64,000 bases of DNA from a virus, in the IMG/VR virus record IMGVR_UViG_3300037313_000284, positions 76,865 to 140,864 of that record. The stretch is one strand, 5' to 3'. Under the pieces are notes generated by a model. That model saw nothing but the letters and a program-made list of their open reading frames with translations. It was not told the origin of the DNA and ran no database searches. The first letter of the stretch is position 1. Each line of letters opens with the position of its first letter. Shown here in pieces: positions 45,432 to 55,975 of the stretch. A program made the translations under genes and the position numbers.

Positions 45432-47529
45432 TTAATCATCCTCTTTGATAGTGCGGAACGATAGGGATACCGGCTTCATCACCTTGAAGCGAACGTAACC
45501 GCTTTCGTCTTCGCAGATTGCAGGATACGCTGGATGAAATAGTAACAGGGCGGTTTTATCTTGTGATCCTTTGGCGGTGAAGGTTGTCTTCGTGACGATC
45601 ACCATACCGCATGTGCCGTCCTGCGCTTCTACCATTGTTCCAGGCATTAGTTTCAGCACGTCCGCTAGGCTGATTTCATCCCGGTAATCCAGCGAAAAAT
45701 AATACTTCATCATATTACTAACCCCCTTCTAAATATGGGAACGAATGAAATCTCGGTAGGTTTTCAGTTCAGTGTGAAATGCCACTGCGTTTTCCTTGTA
45801 GTAGAAAAATCGGGCAACAACACCGTCGTTAGTAATATTTTTCGGGAAATCGCGGCCTTCAGTTTGGAACCCGACGTTACCGCTGCGGTCATACCACCCG
45901 TCGACGTTTGCGTCGTACGTGAGTTTATAGACCGGATGCAGTCCTATCAAATTGTACTGCACCAACCACACGACAGGTTCCGGGTCTACAGTTCTGTTTA
46001 GCTTTTTAACCATGTTGGTCTCCACTTATTAAATGTATGTAGAGCACACGTCGCCACAGGTCTTCGCGCATGCGCGGCCAACCGGTGAACGAATGACATT
46101 CCTGCATCATGCGTGGCGCAATGCGAGTGACCCACCACGCACGTTTCCCGTCATCAACCGGAACACTCTTCACACGGTCGATGAATTCCTTAAGCGTGCT
46201 GTTGCAGAATGGTCTTAGTAATTTCAAGTCTTTTGTCGTGGACACCTTCTCGATCCAAGGTCGAAACAAGGCGTCGAGTTCGGCGTCAGTCACGTTACTA
46301 ATCCTTCTTAGCGCGATTGAATCTGCGCACCCTAGTAATCAAAGCCAGGACGTCATTAAGCACCCAGGCGTTTGGCGTAAAACCCGGAGAGGACTGCACG
46401 ACACTGTAAGAGGCCGTGGTACGGGCAGGCGACTGCTTCTTACTAATCACGATGTATGATTCATCTGCGAACGTAATCATCCATTGCGGTTCGTCGCCGG
46501 GCAATTGCTCAACGTTATTGATAACATAACCACACGCATTGAGCACGTGCTTGACGTACGGGTCAATGGCTATTGTCTCCATGGGCCTATTCTCCAATGT
46601 CCGGTAAATGGTCAACATCCGAGACCAAAATTTTTGCAATCATGCGGCGTAATGTAACTTAACGCTAGTAGTTGCAGGTACACTGCGACGGCTTTATTCA
46701 TTTCAGTAAAGTTAGCGGTGTATGCGCCTCCGGTGTCGCACACGCCGATGCTCCAACGCCTGACCACGCCGAACGACCGTGATATCTCCCGAAGGTAGAC
46801 AAGCTTAATATCCGTCTTACTATCCGTCGAAACAAACCCGCGACAAGGCTTATAGCAGGATAGCGAAAGGCCAGGGATTTCGTCTACCCACGGAAGCTTG
46901 AGCATCAAGTCCATGTTATTAATCCTTATTGTCGAAAAGGCCGGTGCGTTGAAACTTACGCTGGAACTCGATTTCAGCTTCAATTGCTTTGACGGTGTTT
47001 ACCAACCCCTCGGCTGCCACTTCCGCACGGAACGCTTCGGCGGTGGCGAACCAATGATCGTACCACGGTTGGTAGTTGGGCTTAACGAGGGTATCGAAAT
47101 CGAATGACTTCGAAGCGCGCTCGGTGATCATTGTTAGTAAGAGTGCCATGTTGTCTATTCTCCGAAAGGGATGAGCGGTAAGGCGTCGCCAAAGGCGTAC
47201 CAGCGGAAATAGTCCGGGTGTTTACTAATAACCTTCTGCCGCAACTTGTCCGCGTCTAGCTTCATAGCGGACGGATCAAGCAAATGGTCATAGCGCATCA
47301 GCGCGGCTTCGATCTGTGCAGGCGTGCCCTTCCAAGCGACGTAACCAAAGGTTTCAGCCACCTCGCGATAAACCGGAAACGCGACCCGACAAATCTTAAC
47401 AATTCGATCAGGCTGCTTAGGAAGTGGAGCCCGAATGTCGAACCAATAAACTTCCGTTGGGGTGCTGACCTTGCTCGCTTCCGCAATAGCGTCTTCGAAC
47501 ATGTTATTAATCCTTGTGTAGCTGTGCAT
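45432..47529 (-). other. run of seven small hypothetical early genes
   Basis: 45432-45713, 45729-46025, 46006-46293, 46298-46639, 46612-46914, 46919-47149, 47155-47529. Confidence 0.6.
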
Positions 47530-47869
47530 AACGCTTCACAGTCGCAGTCGAAATATCGAAATGCGAAGCGGTTTGCCGAATGGTGGCGTTGTTATTTCGA
47601 CGCCATTGCACCACACTTTGCGGATCAACCGCCACAGGACGTCCGGTAGGCTTAGACGCGTAGGGACCACGTGGCCCACGCACCTTGGGAGGCACCGTAG
47701 ACGTTAGTAAAAACGGCAACAGTGCGGCGATCAAATCGTAAAGCAATCGATGCGGCTTATCGCTCCATTCCGCAGCTAGCGGCCCTTCACCGGACGGTGC
47801 TAGCCAATAAGCCTCAAGAGGATGTTCTAGCTTGCGCGGTGTAATAACGTTCCGCAGGTTTTCATTCAT
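47507..47869 (-). CDS. protein with C-terminal helix-turn-helix
   Basis: GRP...ATIRQTASHFDISTATVKRY. Confidence 0.7.
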   Translation of the reverse strand: MNENLRNVITPRKLEHPLEAYWLAPSGEGPLAAEWSDKPHRLLYDLIAALLPFLLTSTVPPKVRGPRGPYASKPTGRPVAVDPQSVVQWRRNNNATIRQTASHFDISTATVKRYAQLHKD

Positions 47870-47879
47870 ACTATTATCC

Positions 47880-48113
47880 CTAATAGCAATGAGGACAGAG
47901 GCCGTCAGTCAACCAAGGCGTCGAAGTCCACGTGCGGCAATCACGACAGGGTTGCTTAGGATATTTGCGAACGCGGCAACGTCGATAAGCGGTGTATGCC
48001 TCGATACGTCCTATGATGACCATGCGATAAAGCGATTTGCCTCGCATCTTGCGCCGATGGCGATTATTAGCTGTACGAAGCCGCATGTTTGTTAAACCTC
48101 TATCGGTTCCCAA
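47880..48113 (-). CDS. Arg-rich Zn-finger peptide
   Basis: MRLRTANNRHRRK; CRDC...CPHC. Confidence 0.5.
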   Translation of the reverse strand: MGTDRGLTNMRLRTANNRHRRKMRGKSLYRMVIIGRIEAYTAYRRCRVRKYPKQPCRDCRTWTSTPWLTDGLCPHCY

Positions 48114-48478
48114 TCGGGAATGGGCGGAAGGATGATGCCTTCGGAGAGTTCAATTGTCTGACGCAGGTTAATGATTGCTTCTTCGTTACGGAAGCGCTCC
48201 CACTCCACAGCGTCTTCTAAGTAGCAGCGGACCACATCGACATAAATGTTCCACGCCATAAGCGTGTTGAACGAATAGACGACAGCGATCACCTTGGCAT
48301 TAACGGTCCATGCAATCCCGGTAAGATTAGCGGGCAACAAAGCTTGCAACTCCGCGATCTGTATAGGATTCATTTTAGGCCAGCCATTATGCCCGAGAAT
48401 CGCAACGCAATAGCCGTGGTTGCGCACGTTGTCAGTAACGACTTTGGCGCAGCGCTTCTTTCTAAGCCAAAAGAACAT
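48092..48478 (-). CDS. hypothetical protein (tandem paralog B2)
   Basis: Shares LQ..LP..LTGIAW, SFN.L.AWN.YV and GIILPP with the next gene. Confidence 0.8.
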   Translation of the reverse strand: MFFWLRKKRCAKVVTDNVRNHGYCVAILGHNGWPKMNPIQIAELQALLPANLTGIAWTVNAKVIAVVYSFNTLMAWNIYVDVVRCYLEDAVEWERFRNEEAIINLRQTIELSEGIILPPIPDWEPIEV

Positions 48479-48507
48479 GTTATTATAACTCCAACTAGGC
48501 TAAGGGA

Positions 48508-48888
48508 TTACGTAGGCTTCCATTCAGGCATCGGCGGTAGGATAATACCTTTCTCCTTCTCCAAGGCTGCACGCATGCCTAACACTTGCTCACTTTTGCA
48601 CCAGTTATCCCATTCTTCAGCGTTGCCTATGGAGCACATTATTACCTCTACGTAGGTGTTCCACGCGAGCAAGGCGTTAAACGAGAACACCATGGCGGAG
48701 ATTCTATTAACGGTAGCGTCTAACCACGCGATACCTGTCAAATCATCAGGCAGAGCGCCTTGCAGCTTCTCCAGGTTTTTGCCATTGAGCTTAGGGTAAC
48801 CACCTTGCCCAGGGATCATGATGCAGAAGCCTCGGGCTTCGACGTGCATGAGGATGCTTTTGGCAACCTTTTGCCTATTAAACAGCAT
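48508..48888 (-). CDS. hypothetical protein (tandem paralog B1)
   Basis: As above; AGGAG RBS. Confidence 0.8.
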   Translation of the reverse strand: MLFNRQKVAKSILMHVEARGFCIMIPGQGGYPKLNGKNLEKLQGALPDDLTGIAWLDATVNRISAMVFSFNALLAWNTYVEVIMCSIGNAEEWDNWCKSEQVLGMRAALEKEKGIILPPMPEWKPT

Positions 48889-48906
48889 TCTAGTAACTCC
48901 TACCTT

Positions 48907-49128
48907 CTACAGCCGCGCTCGACGTCGTGGCGCTTGCTTGGAGCCCATACGTTGGTTGATGTAGCTATCCACGTCACTAATCCCGCGCGCTTCCAGCGCC
49001 TCGTCGATTAACTCGGCAACGAGTGTGCTACGAGAACCTTTGTATTCGTGAAAAGCGACCACGCGTAGCAGTTCCGCCTTCTCCGACGGGACGTACGTCG
49101 TAAGTAGCGTTCGATTTGATTCAGGCAT
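48907..49128 (-). CDS. ribbon-helix-helix-like DNA-binding protein
   Basis: LTTYVP...SRSTLVAELIDEAL. Confidence 0.6.
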   Translation of the reverse strand: MPESNRTLLTTYVPSEKAELLRVVAFHEYKGSRSTLVAELIDEALEARGISDVDSYINQRMGSKQAPRRRARL

Positions 49129-49131
49129 TAT

Positions 49132-49612
49132 TTAATCTCCGCTGTGCAGTTGCAGATTGAGGAAGCGCCGCACTACTAACTGCATGAGTGCTATTGGCTC
49201 GACACCTTGTCTGAGGGCATCGGTCATACATCGATCCCAGCGTGCACCATGACGTTGCTCATAGGCGTCCTCGTAGGCGAGCAACTCTAACGTCGTTAGT
49301 ATCTTACGACACTCTCGGACGTTCCCTTGAATTGAGCGTTGCATGTTATTAATCAACGTGCTGTTGACGAAAGGCCTCACGGCCCATGCGTGGTTCGAAC
49401 CGACGACGGTAACCCTTGCGGCTCCTAAATGGGTAAGGCCGCCATTTGCCGTGAGGCGTAAAACCTTGTGTCAGGTATACACGGCAAGGTTCGCGCATAT
49501 CCTCGGGTGTAAAGACACATATAACCTGCGTCTTGACGTGACGATTGCGGCGTCGATTATTAGTAGTACGTTTGCGCATGATGTTAACCCCTAAGAGTAG
49601 AAGCGGAAACAA
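49132..49612 (-). other. two small genes (49132-49344; Arg-rich 49349-49579)
   Basis: ORF track and RBS positions. Confidence 0.5.
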
Positions 49613-49975
49613 TAGTGGAAGTTGTGCAGAATGGGAGTGGAAGCGGAAACACTTCGCGTGTTAAATGGGATAGGAAATTATAAGGTGGTTCTAGCACACC
49701 CCCAAAATTCTGCAAATGACCCCCCAAAATTATACAAAATTGGAGTGTTAGTGTTAACTGTTAGATTTGGGGCAGATTCACCGAATTGTAACATGGACAC
49801 CGTGTAGAGGCAAATGGAGGCCTGATAGAGGCGTGTGGAGAGGAAGTAGGGCGGAGAGGGGCTGTTTTACCGTGTAGCGTGCTGTGGGTGTATGAAATTG
49901 GCGTGTGGGGCGCTGTTTTGAGTGAGGGGCTGTTTAGGGTGGTAAAACTAAGGCAGTTGGAAGTGTGTTACTAGG
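49600..49975. other. non-coding, strand-skewed region with short direct repeats (origin or terminus candidate)
   Basis: G-rich plus strand; GAAGCGGAAACA x2, ACCCCCAAAATT-like x2, GAGGGGCTGTTT x2, GGCGTGTGG x2. Confidence 0.45.
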
Positions 49976-50026
49976 GTGTACCGAGTTGCTCACCATGGCT
50001 CCGAATGGTTAGAGCGACCATAAAAC

Positions 50027-50059
50027 AAAAATGCCTCCCTAACGTGTTATTAGGGAGGC
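50027..50059 (-). terminator. intrinsic terminator
   Basis: GCCTCCCTAA/TTAGGGAGGC plus U-tract. Confidence 0.75.
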
Positions 50060-50119
50060 CGTGGTAGAGTAGAACGGAAACAGCTTGACCATAGGCCTCG
50101 CTGGGGGAAAAGTTATAAT

Positions 50120-50503
50120 TCAAACTAGGTCGCAAGCCACCGAACACGTGTCGATAGGCATAGCCCGTCGCCAATCCGGAATGACGTTGTGGCAAACACG
50201 GCAACTACTAGGCGTCCCCGGAGCGAAGGTGTTATAAACGTAATCGTCTTCGCAAGGCGCAAAACGAACCGGGGACGCTGCTACCGGAGCAGGAATGATA
50301 GGTGCGTTAGGTGCTTCGCATTCAACGTTAGTCATTACGCTGATAGCGCCATCCGCTGCACGATTGATTTGATTGCAATAGGGGCAAATCCCGTCCTGTT
50401 CGGTATCCGGCGCTACACGCCATTTACTAGGATCGGTAATCTTAGCGCAATGCTTACATTGCAGCATGAGTCTGAGTTCTGCGGTCACTGTCCATGGCTC
50501 CAA
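50120..50503 (-). CDS. double Zn-finger protein
   Basis: CKHC...CPYC; CRVC...CSVAC. Confidence 0.65.
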   Translation of the reverse strand: MEPWTVTAELRLMLQCKHCAKITDPSKWRVAPDTEQDGICPYCNQINRAADGAISVMTNVECEAPNAPIIPAPVAASPVRFAPCEDDYVYNTFAPGTPSSCRVCHNVIPDWRRAMPIDTCSVACDLV

Positions 50504-50604
50504 AACAGATGCGTCGAATGGCCTCCCCGATGCGTTTGCGTAACGAATAATTACATCGGGGAGAGGGTGAAATGGTGAGACGGTACTTATGACGTGCTGG
50601 CCGA

Positions 50605-50967
50605 TTAACTTCTCAACCGCAGGAAATCAAACCACGGTTTAGAGAACGCGTACTTCACGTGCGCACGATCCAGAATAACATCTGCATCTAGCCCGTACTG
50701 TTCAATCAGCTTCATGAACTTGCCGATCACATCGCCCATTTCAGCTTCAAGCTTTGCACGGTTCGTTACGCCGTTAATAGGATCGGCGGGATCGCGCTCA
50801 TCGATACCTTGGATTAATGACCGCGCTATCACATTGCCTACACGCGACAGAATTTCGATTGTCTCGAAAATTTCTTCTAGGTTCTTGCCGAGGACGCCCG
50901 TGTCTTCTGGTGTAGCCATCGGCTCCCACATCGAAGCAACTTGCTTCTTAGCAGCTTCCGTATCCAT
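50605..50967 (-). CDS. MazG-like nucleotide pyrophosphohydrolase
   Basis: LEEIFE ... LEAEMGDV acidic motifs; own promoter. Confidence 0.7.
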   Translation of the reverse strand: MDTEAAKKQVASMWEPMATPEDTGVLGKNLEEIFETIEILSRVGNVIARSLIQGIDERDPADPINGVTNRAKLEAEMGDVIGKFMKLIEQYGLDADVILDRAHVKYAFSKPWFDFLRLRS

Positions 50968-50998
50968 TTAGTAAGTTTCCCTTTTTAGATGCCGCGTA

Positions 50999-51027
50999 AT
51001 ATTACCATGTCGGCCGCATCTGGTCAA
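50999..51027 (-). promoter_or_regulatory. sigma70-type promoter (leftward)
   Basis: TTGACC-N17-TAATAT. Confidence 0.7.
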
Positions 51028-51158
51028 ACGACGCCCAAATTCGAACGGTTTAAGTTTGTTTGAATTTGCGTAGTCAGACTACGCATTCTAGCTGATTGTC
51101 AAACCACAGGCCGCGCGGCCCGCCAGATGGCTTCCAGGCGCTGATTTCCCTAGGGAAT

Positions 51159-51187
51159 TTGACTTCTAGCCTACATACGCCTACATT
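51159..51187 (+). promoter_or_regulatory. sigma70-type promoter (rightward)
   Basis: TTGACT-N17-TACATT. Confidence 0.7.
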
Positions 51188-51269
51188 TCATACGTCGCGA
51201 ACATTAGGGCGTTCGCCCACGCGGCATTCGCCCTAAACTATAACATCACATGTGAGGCTAATAACTGCT

Positions 51270-52298
51270 ATGGCTACCACCGAACAGAAGCGTTCTCTCA
51301 AGGACCTTTCGCCGCGCGAACTGCGCAACGAGTACCGCAAGATGAAGAGCGAACGCAACGAATTGCGCGAACGTAATAACGTGCTTATCGAAGACAACGA
51401 GGAACTTCAAGCCACTGCCGCTGCGCTTCGTGAACAGGTTACTGAACAGCAGGAGGAAATCGAGCGGCTTAACGCTGCGAACGAGGAACTGCAAACGAAG
51501 TACGAGCAAGCCGTCGATAATAACACGTCGCTGCGTGCGCTTATCGATACGGCGGGCGCTGGTCGGTCTTCGAAGGCTCTCGACGACACGCGTATCGTTG
51601 GACGGCTGGACGAAATCATCGGTCTGCTCAGCACGGCGATGGGTATTAACGCGCCGTCGGAAGTTTCCGATGATAACTCGCCCCTTCCTATCCTGCCGCT
51701 GAAGACGCGTAATGATACGCTCGATCAGCCGCAAGACGAAATGGACGACGACGGAACCGAGGACGAGGACGACGCGGGTTCGCCTGCCGACGCCTTTGAC
51801 GAGGACGAAGACGACGAAGAGGATGACGAAGTTATCATTGTACTCGCTGAAGGGTCCGATACGCCTGCGGTGAAGACTCCGGAACTTCCGGTTCCGGCGG
51901 AAGCTGGCTCGATTACTACCGATCCTACGTCCGGCGTCTCGCACGGCGCACCGCCTGCTAATAACCAAGCGGCAGCTATTCAAGGTGCGTCCGTCAACCT
52001 CGACGTTCCGCCCGCTGTCCCGCCTGCCGCTAAGCCTATGCTCGGTACTACCCAAGTGACGCAAGAGCAACTGACGGCGCTGGTGGTTCCGCAAATCAAA
52101 GACTTCATCGATATGATGGGGAATGATTTCGAGACCAACATGCGGGTTCCGATCCGCAACGGCGACATTACTAAAGAGCACGCGCTCCGCAGTCTTGTGG
52201 CTACCGTCTTCGGGCAAGAGGAAGGTACCTCGATGGCCGAAGCTATCCTGAACGCCGACACTACGCGCGAGGCGGTTTACGAGACGATGGGCGTCTAA
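51270..52298 (+). CDS. coiled-coil acidic protein
   Basis: Start MATTEQ after GAGG; long heptad region, D/E tract, Pro linker. Confidence 0.8.
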   Translation: MATTEQKRSLKDLSPRELRNEYRKMKSERNELRERNNVLIEDNEELQATAAALREQVTEQQEEIERLNAANEELQTKYEQAVDNNTSLRALIDTAGAGRSSKALDDTRIVGRLDEIIGLLSTAMGINAPSEVSDDNSPLPILPLKTRNDTLDQPQDEMDDDGTEDEDDAGSPADAFDEDEDDEEDDEVIIVLAEGSDTPAVKTPELPVPAEAGSITTDPTSGVSHGAPPANNQAAAIQGASVNLDVPPAVPPAAKPMLGTTQVTQEQLTALVVPQIKDFIDMMGNDFETNMRVPIRNGDITKEHALRSLVATVFGQEEGTSMAEAILNADTTREAVYETMGV

Positions 52299-52328
52299 CC
52301 CGGAGTCCTACCCGCTCACGCAATTTAT

Positions 52329-52362
52329 TGGCCCGGATGGAGAAATCTGTCCGGGCCATATT
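52329..52362 (+). terminator. intrinsic terminator-like hairpin
   Basis: TGGCCCGGA/TCCGGGCCA. Confidence 0.6.
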
Positions 52363-52384
52363 GCGTTATTAAGCGGGGTTACAA

Positions 52385-53305
52385 GTGGACGAGCAATTCA
52401 ACATCGGCTTCCGGCCTTCTACGCCTGACCAATTGATTGGCTATTCGAAAGAGGAAATGGCCGCCATTCAAGAGCGCGTTAGTAAGGCGCGTTCGGTTCT
52501 ATTCAGCGGACCTACCGGAACCGGCAAGACCACGCTTGCTCTGGCCTTAGCCTCGACGTTCACCGTGCCTGAGAACATCAAGCAGGTTAATTGCGGTGAT
52601 GAAAACGGCATTGCCGAAATGCGCAAGCTGATTGAAGTCGCTAGTAAGCGTACACTCAACGGCAAGCCTCGCGTGTTCATCATTGACGAAGTGCACAAGG
52701 CTACGCCTGCGGCACAAGATGCGCTATTAATTCCAATGGAAGCCGCCAAGAGTTCGTCGAAGTTCCTCTTTGCTACGAATGAGCCTGAACGGTTGAAGCC
52801 GGTTTTCCTACGCCGTTGTCTCAAGATTAATACGCCGGAATGGACTGAAAAGCGGTTGCTGCGCGTCGCTAAGCGAGTGCACAAGGCAACTGGACTTCCC
52901 ATTCCCAAAGACCTATCGATCTTCGAGAACCCCAGCGATCTACTAACTTTTATGGAGTTACCCAACAAGGTAGCTGCGGAATCGAGGAAGAACACCACCC
53001 AAGCTGCGCGCGTGGTTCTCGCTGCGATGCTGGGTACGCCTACTAATCACAAGCTGTTCGACTTCAAGTACGCTAGCATCATGGAAATCTCCCTAGCTTG
53101 TCGTGCGCTTATGGGCGTTACGATTAGTTGGGAGAAACCTGATGTTGAATTAGTAAAGATGCTGCGGAAGCAAGACCCTCGACTGGTTGCTAAGATCGGT
53201 AACGCATGCGCGACGGCGCTGCGGGACGATACACGTCCGGTCATGGTGCTACTCGACATTCTGATGGGTTCCGTTGCAAACGCGATCCACTTCGAAGGCA
53301 AATAG
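52385..53305 (+). CDS. dnaX: clamp-loader AAA+ subunit (DnaX/RFC-like)
   Basis: RP....LIG, GPTGTGKTT, IIDEVH, AQDALL, ATN, RRC. Confidence 0.8.
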   Translation: MDEQFNIGFRPSTPDQLIGYSKEEMAAIQERVSKARSVLFSGPTGTGKTTLALALASTFTVPENIKQVNCGDENGIAEMRKLIEVASKRTLNGKPRVFIIDEVHKATPAAQDALLIPMEAAKSSSKFLFATNEPERLKPVFLRRCLKINTPEWTEKRLLRVAKRVHKATGLPIPKDLSIFENPSDLLTFMELPNKVAAESRKNTTQAARVVLAAMLGTPTNHKLFDFKYASIMEISLACRALMGVTISWEKPDVELVKMLRKQDPRLVAKIGNACATALRDDTRPVMVLLDILMGSVANAIHFEGK

Positions 53306-53308
53306 TAA

Positions 53309-55270
53309 ATGAAGATCACGCGTGTCGAAACCTCTGACTACATTGGTATGAACGCGACGCTTCCCTTGGTGGACGGCGTGACCACGCTTACGGGTGCTAA
53401 TGCTGGTGGAAAGACGAAGCTAGTTAATACCGTCCCTGGCATCATGTTTAATGAAGTGACGTTGAACCCCGGAGCTACGATTGGTTTCGGATGGGAGACC
53501 GACAACGGTCCCGGTTCTATGTTACTAACTAAGCAGGGTAGCAAAACTCTGTGGCGCGGAACTGTCGACGGCAAGGGCGCGGAACACAACACGATACGCG
53601 CGGCGCAAGCTTGGATGCGCGAACACTTTCCAGTCACGCAATCCGTGTTCACCACTGCTAACTATTTGGCGGCCTTCCGTTCTGGCGTGATGCTGGGAGG
53701 TAAGCCTGCTGAACGTATGGCATTGCTATCTGACATTGTTGGATTGCAGGTGTTCGACGAACTACGCAAGGGAGTTAGTAAACTAGCTCAAAGCGCGAAC
53801 GTGACGCTAGCCCTGCGTGAACGCATCATGGCCGATCTGTCAGAGTTGGAAGCGGGGGACACGAACCGGACGGTATTCAATCTCGACGGGGTTACTAAGC
53901 ATCTGACGAACCGCAAAGCCAACCTTCGTGCCGAAGCTACGAAGTTGTCAGAGGCGTTAGAAGACAGGCCTTACGGTAACGTTCCCACAAAGACGCTAGA
54001 GCAGGCCTTAGAGCTTGCCCCAACGCGTAACAAGGCTTGGGATGCTTGGGACGAATTCAAGGCCGCTGGTGGGGCTCCTAAATTGTCTTACAGCGAGGCG
54101 GATTATCATGCAGCGCTGTGCGCGCAGGACATTGAAGGCATGGGCCTAACGCCGATATTAACTGGTAAAGTTAAGCAACTTGCGAAACTGGAACTACAAC
54201 GCAAGCGTCTAGCGGCACACCAAGCTGAAATGAATGCCATTCGCGAACAGCTAGATCACCTTAAAGGCCACAAGGGTAACACTTGCCCCACGTGTTCTAG
54301 TGTTATTAACGGAAAGCGTCTGGTAAGAGGCTTGATAAAAGCCCTGTCTGCACTTGAAGAGAATACCCCGTCACTGCGCAAAAAAGTTACGCTAGCGGAA
54401 GCCACTGACAAATATCGTAGCAAGTTAGAACGGTGGCGGACTACACCGTCTTCAGTTATTGAACGTCTTAACGACTATATCGATGTGATCGCGGCGTATG
54501 AGACTGCGCGAGAAGTGCAAGCGCGCTGGGGTGGGAAGTACCCAACTAGACCGGAAAAGCAGCGGATCGACACCGACGAAATCAAGCACGAACTGCGCTT
54601 GCGTAAACGTGGCTGTGGACTATTAACCGAAGACGAGCGACGATTCGATCTTCTGTCTGCGAAGTACAAGGGCGCATCCGGGGTACTGAGCGCTGTAAGC
54701 GATGTGATGGAAGAGCAATCCGAAATCTTCGCTAATAAGCGCCGTTTCAGTAGGCTTCAAGCTGAACTGGCGGAATTGCCTGACGGCGACGATGCCGAAC
54801 TGCTTGTGGAATTATTAAAGGCCTTAGACAACCGCAACGCCCGTAACAAGTACCTGGAATTGGTCGCGGAACATTGGATAGCGATGCTCAACGAGCTTGC
54901 CCCTTCGTTCTTTGACTACAAGATGGAATTCGCGTGGAAACCTAACGGGCAGTTAATAGCTAATCGGAAGGGTAGTGCAACGGATACCGTACTGCTGTCG
55001 GGTCGTGAGGGGCGTACGTTTCTACTGCTAAACGCTGTCGCTATACAGCGCTGCTTGCCACCAGCCAAAAGATTGCGTACACTGTTCCTTGACGAGATCG
55101 AAGCCGGGTCCGATCCTAGCAATCGTGCTTTGCTCGCGGAAATCATTCCTACGTTATTAGACCATTACGACAATATCGTCGTGGTCACTCCGCTTGCGAA
55201 ATCGGAGTTTTACGTGGAAGGTCCTCGCTATCGAGTTACTAAAGACCAAACCCTGGTGCGAGAGGAATAG
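53309..55270 (+). CDS. sbcC: SbcC/Rad50/gp46-like SMC ATPase
   Basis: GANAGGKT, CPTC zinc hook, LSGRE, LFLDE. Confidence 0.85.
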   Translation: MKITRVETSDYIGMNATLPLVDGVTTLTGANAGGKTKLVNTVPGIMFNEVTLNPGATIGFGWETDNGPGSMLLTKQGSKTLWRGTVDGKGAEHNTIRAAQAWMREHFPVTQSVFTTANYLAAFRSGVMLGGKPAERMALLSDIVGLQVFDELRKGVSKLAQSANVTLALRERIMADLSELEAGDTNRTVFNLDGVTKHLTNRKANLRAEATKLSEALEDRPYGNVPTKTLEQALELAPTRNKAWDAWDEFKAAGGAPKLSYSEADYHAALCAQDIEGMGLTPILTGKVKQLAKLELQRKRLAAHQAEMNAIREQLDHLKGHKGNTCPTCSSVINGKRLVRGLIKALSALEENTPSLRKKVTLAEATDKYRSKLERWRTTPSSVIERLNDYIDVIAAYETAREVQARWGGKYPTRPEKQRIDTDEIKHELRLRKRGCGLLTEDERRFDLLSAKYKGASGVLSAVSDVMEEQSEIFANKRRFSRLQAELAELPDGDDAELLVELLKALDNRNARNKYLELVAEHWIAMLNELAPSFFDYKMEFAWKPNGQLIANRKGSATDTVLLSGREGRTFLLLNAVAIQRCLPPAKRLRTLFLDEIEAGSDPSNRALLAEIIPTLLDHYDNIVVVTPLAKSEFYVEGPRYRVTKDQTLVREE

Positions 55271-55273
55271 ACT

Positions 55274-55885
55274 ATGCTGGCTGTGACAGACGTAGACGCG
55301 TTCGCGTTAATGAACGGCATGTTTCAGCGGTACCCCTCGGGTAAGCAGCCGAAGCTCTATTTCGGACTTAGCAGTTATTTCGCTACGTCACCGCAAAGAG
55401 AACACGCGATTGTCCTAGACGCTTCGCTGAAATTCCAAGCGGTTGATCCAGTGCCGTCCAACCCGATTGAAAACGGTGTTATTAATTGGGATATGATCGA
55501 CGCGTACTTGGATCGCCCCGCGAGGAAGCTACCGCTATACACACTCAAGCGTGTTGACGTGATCGAGGAAATGCTACGCAAGGCCGCCGACAACGATAAA
55601 CACGCGTTGTCGGCCATGCTTAGTAACTTCACACCGGCGGTACGTCCGCAGGTGCGTGAACGCGTCATTGAGTTCCTGAAAGACCCGAAGGGCGGCAAAT
55701 TCGAGTTGCCGGAGGCGCTTAGGCCTAAGCGTGGTCGCGCAGTAGATTACTACAAGACGGCGACTGAAACCGACTTCAGCGCGCTGAAGCGGGATATCCT
55801 ATATGATACGCCGTCTACTTACGAAGGACGCTATTGGCGAGCTATTATCCATGGTAAGCCTAAAGCTAAGGGAGGTAAGGGATGA
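55274..55885 (+). CDS. hypothetical protein
   Basis: GAGGA RBS. Confidence 0.7.
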   Translation: MLAVTDVDAFALMNGMFQRYPSGKQPKLYFGLSSYFATSPQREHAIVLDASLKFQAVDPVPSNPIENGVINWDMIDAYLDRPARKLPLYTLKRVDVIEEMLRKAADNDKHALSAMLSNFTPAVRPQVRERVIEFLKDPKGGKFELPEALRPKRGRAVDYYKTATETDFSALKRDILYDTPSTYEGRYWRAIIHGKPKAKGGKG

Positions 55886-55975
55886 ATAACCGTCTGACCT
55901 AATTTGTAGCTCGCAACACCCTCCAAGGCTGTTTTTATTCTCACTCCTGAGTCTCGAAAGAGGACATTTAATAAC

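Noticed and set aside
49740-49770. CtrA box (TTAA-N7-TTAA)
   Set aside because: Half-site sequence and spacing do not match.
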